Source of the DNA: Bdellovibrionales bacterium RIFOXYD12_FULL_39_22 | GTDB taxonomy: Bacteria > Bdellovibrionota > Bacteriovoracia > Bacteriovoracales > Bacteriovoracaceae | Assembly (NCBI GenBank): GCA_001770205.1 | Contig: MEQL01000039.1 | Coordinates: 368,375-388,374, forward strand | Reading direction: 5' to 3' | DNA length: 20,000 bases | In this document: positions 17,943 through 20,000 of the stretch, piece after piece | Layout: each line of letters starts with the position of its first letter | How positions within the stretch are numbered: the first letter of the stretch is position 1 | The notes under the pieces: generated by a model | Databases searched by the model: none | Told to the model about the DNA's origin: nothing | What the model saw: only the letters and a program-made list of their open reading frames with translations | Program-made: the position numbers and the translations under genes

Positions 17943-18086
17943 GTAGTAGTCCGGAACATTTAACAAACAAAGAAATTGCTCTACTTACCTATGGATATCA
18001 ACAAGTGGCACCCAAACCTTTTTATCAACCACTATCAAAAAGCTCAGCAAAAATAATTGTTTGTGAGCAGATTAATCAATAAAAAC

Positions 18087-18113
18087 TAAAAAAAACGAGA
18101 AAATATCCGATAA
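18087..18113 (+). promoter_or_regulatory. Putative sigma28 (FliA) promoter giving a leaderless transcript
   Basis: TAAA-N15-TCCGATAA followed by ATG 18120 only 6 nt later, with no Shine-Dalgarno. Confidence 0.65.
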
Positions 18114-18119
18114 ATTTTT

Positions 18120-18947
18120 ATGACTAGACGACTTATACTCTTCCTTGTCTTCCAACTATTGATTGCCGCCCCACCGGCCAATTATAAGCGTCATTCTCGA
18201 GGAACAATCTGCTTGTATCAAGCAATTGCTTCAATGAAAAAAGAATGGAAGCAATTAACTAGTGGACTGGAAAGAACAATTGAATCAGAGATTAAAATTG
18301 ATCAGATTCTTCCATACATTACTACTGACGATGGAACAATGAAATCGTTGGTTAAATACCATGGCCCGGAGTGGTTTGAAAAACTTTTCCCAAACAGACT
18401 TCCACAAAATGTTAGCTGGGCCGGACAAAGACCTGAGGTGAAAAAAAAAATTTTAAACGAGATTACCAAAAATCAAACTTTTTCTTGGAGGCGTGAAATT
18501 TCAGGACTTCGACTTAAAGAAGGAAAACATCCCCTTAGTGATTTCCAGGGCTATGTGGAACTAGTCAGCCCTAACGATGCTGGCAATGTTCACATGGTCG
18601 AATTACACTTGCGCGGAAAAGAGCGAGCATCTACCCTTGCCCTCAAGGCCAGAGATGCCGCCAAACAAGTAGGAGTAGACAAAATCTCTCTGCATGCTCA
18701 TATTACTTTTAAGGTTCGTACAAATGAATTAACCACCGCACCATTTTTAGCATCTATTCGCCACGGAGACTACATTCGGCGCAGCGAACTTTATTCGCAG
18801 ATGCATTCACTTTTTGAAACAGCTGATGACTTATCTCCAGTAAAAGATAGTGGCAGCACTTATTTTCATGCAATGGAATCTCCACGTGTGCTTGTAAACA
18901 TTATGCGCGATTTTTTTATAGAGGAACGCAAAAACATGATACTCTAA
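18120..18947 (+). CDS. Putatively secreted hypothetical protein; N-terminal part of a possible amidoligase (COOH-NH2 ligase)-like protein
   Basis: Signal-like N-terminus and motifs IESEI, VELVSP and SLHAHITF. Confidence 0.65.
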   Translation: MTRRLILFLVFQLLIAAPPANYKRHSRGTICLYQAIASMKKEWKQLTSGLERTIESEIKIDQILPYITTDDGTMKSLVKYHGPEWFEKLFPNRLPQNVSWAGQRPEVKKKILNEITKNQTFSWRREISGLRLKEGKHPLSDFQGYVELVSPNDAGNVHMVELHLRGKERASTLALKARDAAKQVGVDKISLHAHITFKVRTNELTTAPFLASIRHGDYIRRSELYSQMHSLFETADDLSPVKDSGSTYFHAMESPRVLVNIMRDFFIEERKNMIL

Positions 18948-19546
18948 TGCTTACGCGGACTAAATCATATGTCGGTACAGCCGGAGAGCCCTTTTATGAC
19001 ACCGCCGGCATTTATGGAATTGAAGCACGGGCAATTAACAAAAAAATGAGCGACACCTCTATTGTAGCACTGCTAGATGGAATAGAGTCTTCTGGCGAGG
19101 CCAAATATTTTGGATTCAACGATGATCGAATTAATGATTGGATAATAAATAAATTTCAAACAAATGATACACCGGAAGAGCTAGACTCTGTTGACCGCAT
19201 CCGCACAGTGGCACGCATGCTCTACCCTAGCTATGATGTGTATCTCTCCGATGAGCTATTTATTAAACATCTAAGTAAACCAGAGCTAGAGCTTTTCCAT
19301 AGAATGAAAAAAGAGCAGTGTTCTCGTCGATTTGTTTTAATTTTGCACAACTGGGCAGATGATGTGCTTTTTTATGATAACCCAGATGCTATTACTAGAA
19401 TAAAAATGGCGCGAACAAGTGCAATGAGGAAATTACTGCGCGGAGAAAGCGAAAAAGAAGTTACTCGAGAATTTCTGTTAGACTCTGGAATTTATCAGAC
19501 CTTGGCAGATTCGCTTGGCATTAACGCTAGTGCTTTAGAACCATAA
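18947..19546 (+). CDS. Hypothetical protein; probable C-terminal part of the upstream gene in the -1 frame
   Basis: TAATG overlap with the upstream ORF. The frame is open back to 18851, carries a GIEAR motif and has no properly spaced SD. Confidence 0.6.
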   Translation: MLTRTKSYVGTAGEPFYDTAGIYGIEARAINKKMSDTSIVALLDGIESSGEAKYFGFNDDRINDWIINKFQTNDTPEELDSVDRIRTVARMLYPSYDVYLSDELFIKHLSKPELELFHRMKKEQCSRRFVLILHNWADDVLFYDNPDAITRIKMARTSAMRKLLRGESEKEVTREFLLDSGIYQTLADSLGINASALEP

Positions 19547-19597
19547 AACCGGACAACAAACAAACTCGCGATAAAGAGAATTATAATGGGGATTCTT

Positions 19598-20000
19598 CTA
19601 GCGTGAAAAATCTGCATATAAAAATTTATTAACCTCTCGAAACAACCGCGCCTCTGTTTCATCGCTGACATTTAAAAAAATTATACCCAAAATAGCAGCA
19701 TCGTTGTGGTTTTTTCTAATGTACAGCGGCCGAAATAGCGGTATTTCAAATTTGGCCTCCGCAAAATGCAGCTGGGCAGGGCCATACACTTTACCCAGCT
19801 CAAACATCTTCTGCTGTGCTTCCGTCACGAAAATTCCAATTCCTCCAGTTGACAGACTATCGCCATAGAAGCGTTTATTTTCAAAATCCAGAACAAAAGC
19901 ATCGACCTTGTTAGTGAAAATGCGAAAATTTTTTCGCTTTTCTGTCTTGTATAGCTCTTCGCTCACCTCTAACAAAAAAGTATCATCGCCAATTGAAGAA
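19598..20000 (-). CDS. PilZ-domain protein (YcgR-like), 5' end outside window
   Basis: The frame is open to the window edge (SSIGDDTFLLEV..). It has EKRKNFRI (RxxxR), SLSTGGIG and LGIIF. Confidence 0.75.
   Translation of the reverse strand, partial: SSIGDDTFLLEVSEELYKTEKRKNFRIFTNKVDAFVLDFENKRFYGDSLSTGGIGIFVTEAQQKMFELGKVYGPAQLHFAEAKFEIPLFRPLYIRKNHNDAAILGIIFLNVSDETEARLFREVNKFLYADFSR

Noticed and set aside
1..20000. CRISPR array, tRNA/rRNA, IS or prophage
   Set aside because: No spaced repeats, cloverleafs, transposase, integrase or phage genes were seen.

Overview
AT-rich bacterial chromosomal window (roughly 37% GC by eye). It is most likely from Bdellovibrionota (Bacteriovoracia/Oligoflexia-like); this is inferred from gene order, RxPAS-type secreted proteins, sigma28 promoters and strong GGCC enrichment. 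The left part (1-6577) is a housekeeping operon: mfd (5'-truncated), a parvulin PPIase, a SurA-like chaperone, pdxA and uvrA. The rest is a patchwork: a secreted CocE/NonD hydrolase, a succinate-semialdehyde-type ALDH, a Cys-repeat lipoprotein, a stand-alone SagB-type nitroreductase, an XRE regulator divergent from a secreted CBM-like protein, a secreted hypothetical, rubrerythrin, MscS, a membrane B-box-like protein, a secreted 2H phosphoesterase, dksA, a split amidoligase-like gene and a 5'-truncated PilZ protein. The most notable locus is 17358-19546. There, back-to-back sigma28-type promoters appear to drive dksA through a structured ~150-nt leader, and a leaderless, putatively secreted COOH-NH2-ligase-like gene whose motifs are split over two ORFs by a -1 shift at a T7 tract. 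No rRNA, tRNA, CRISPR array or mobile element was seen. All family calls come from motif recognition by eye; no searches were run.
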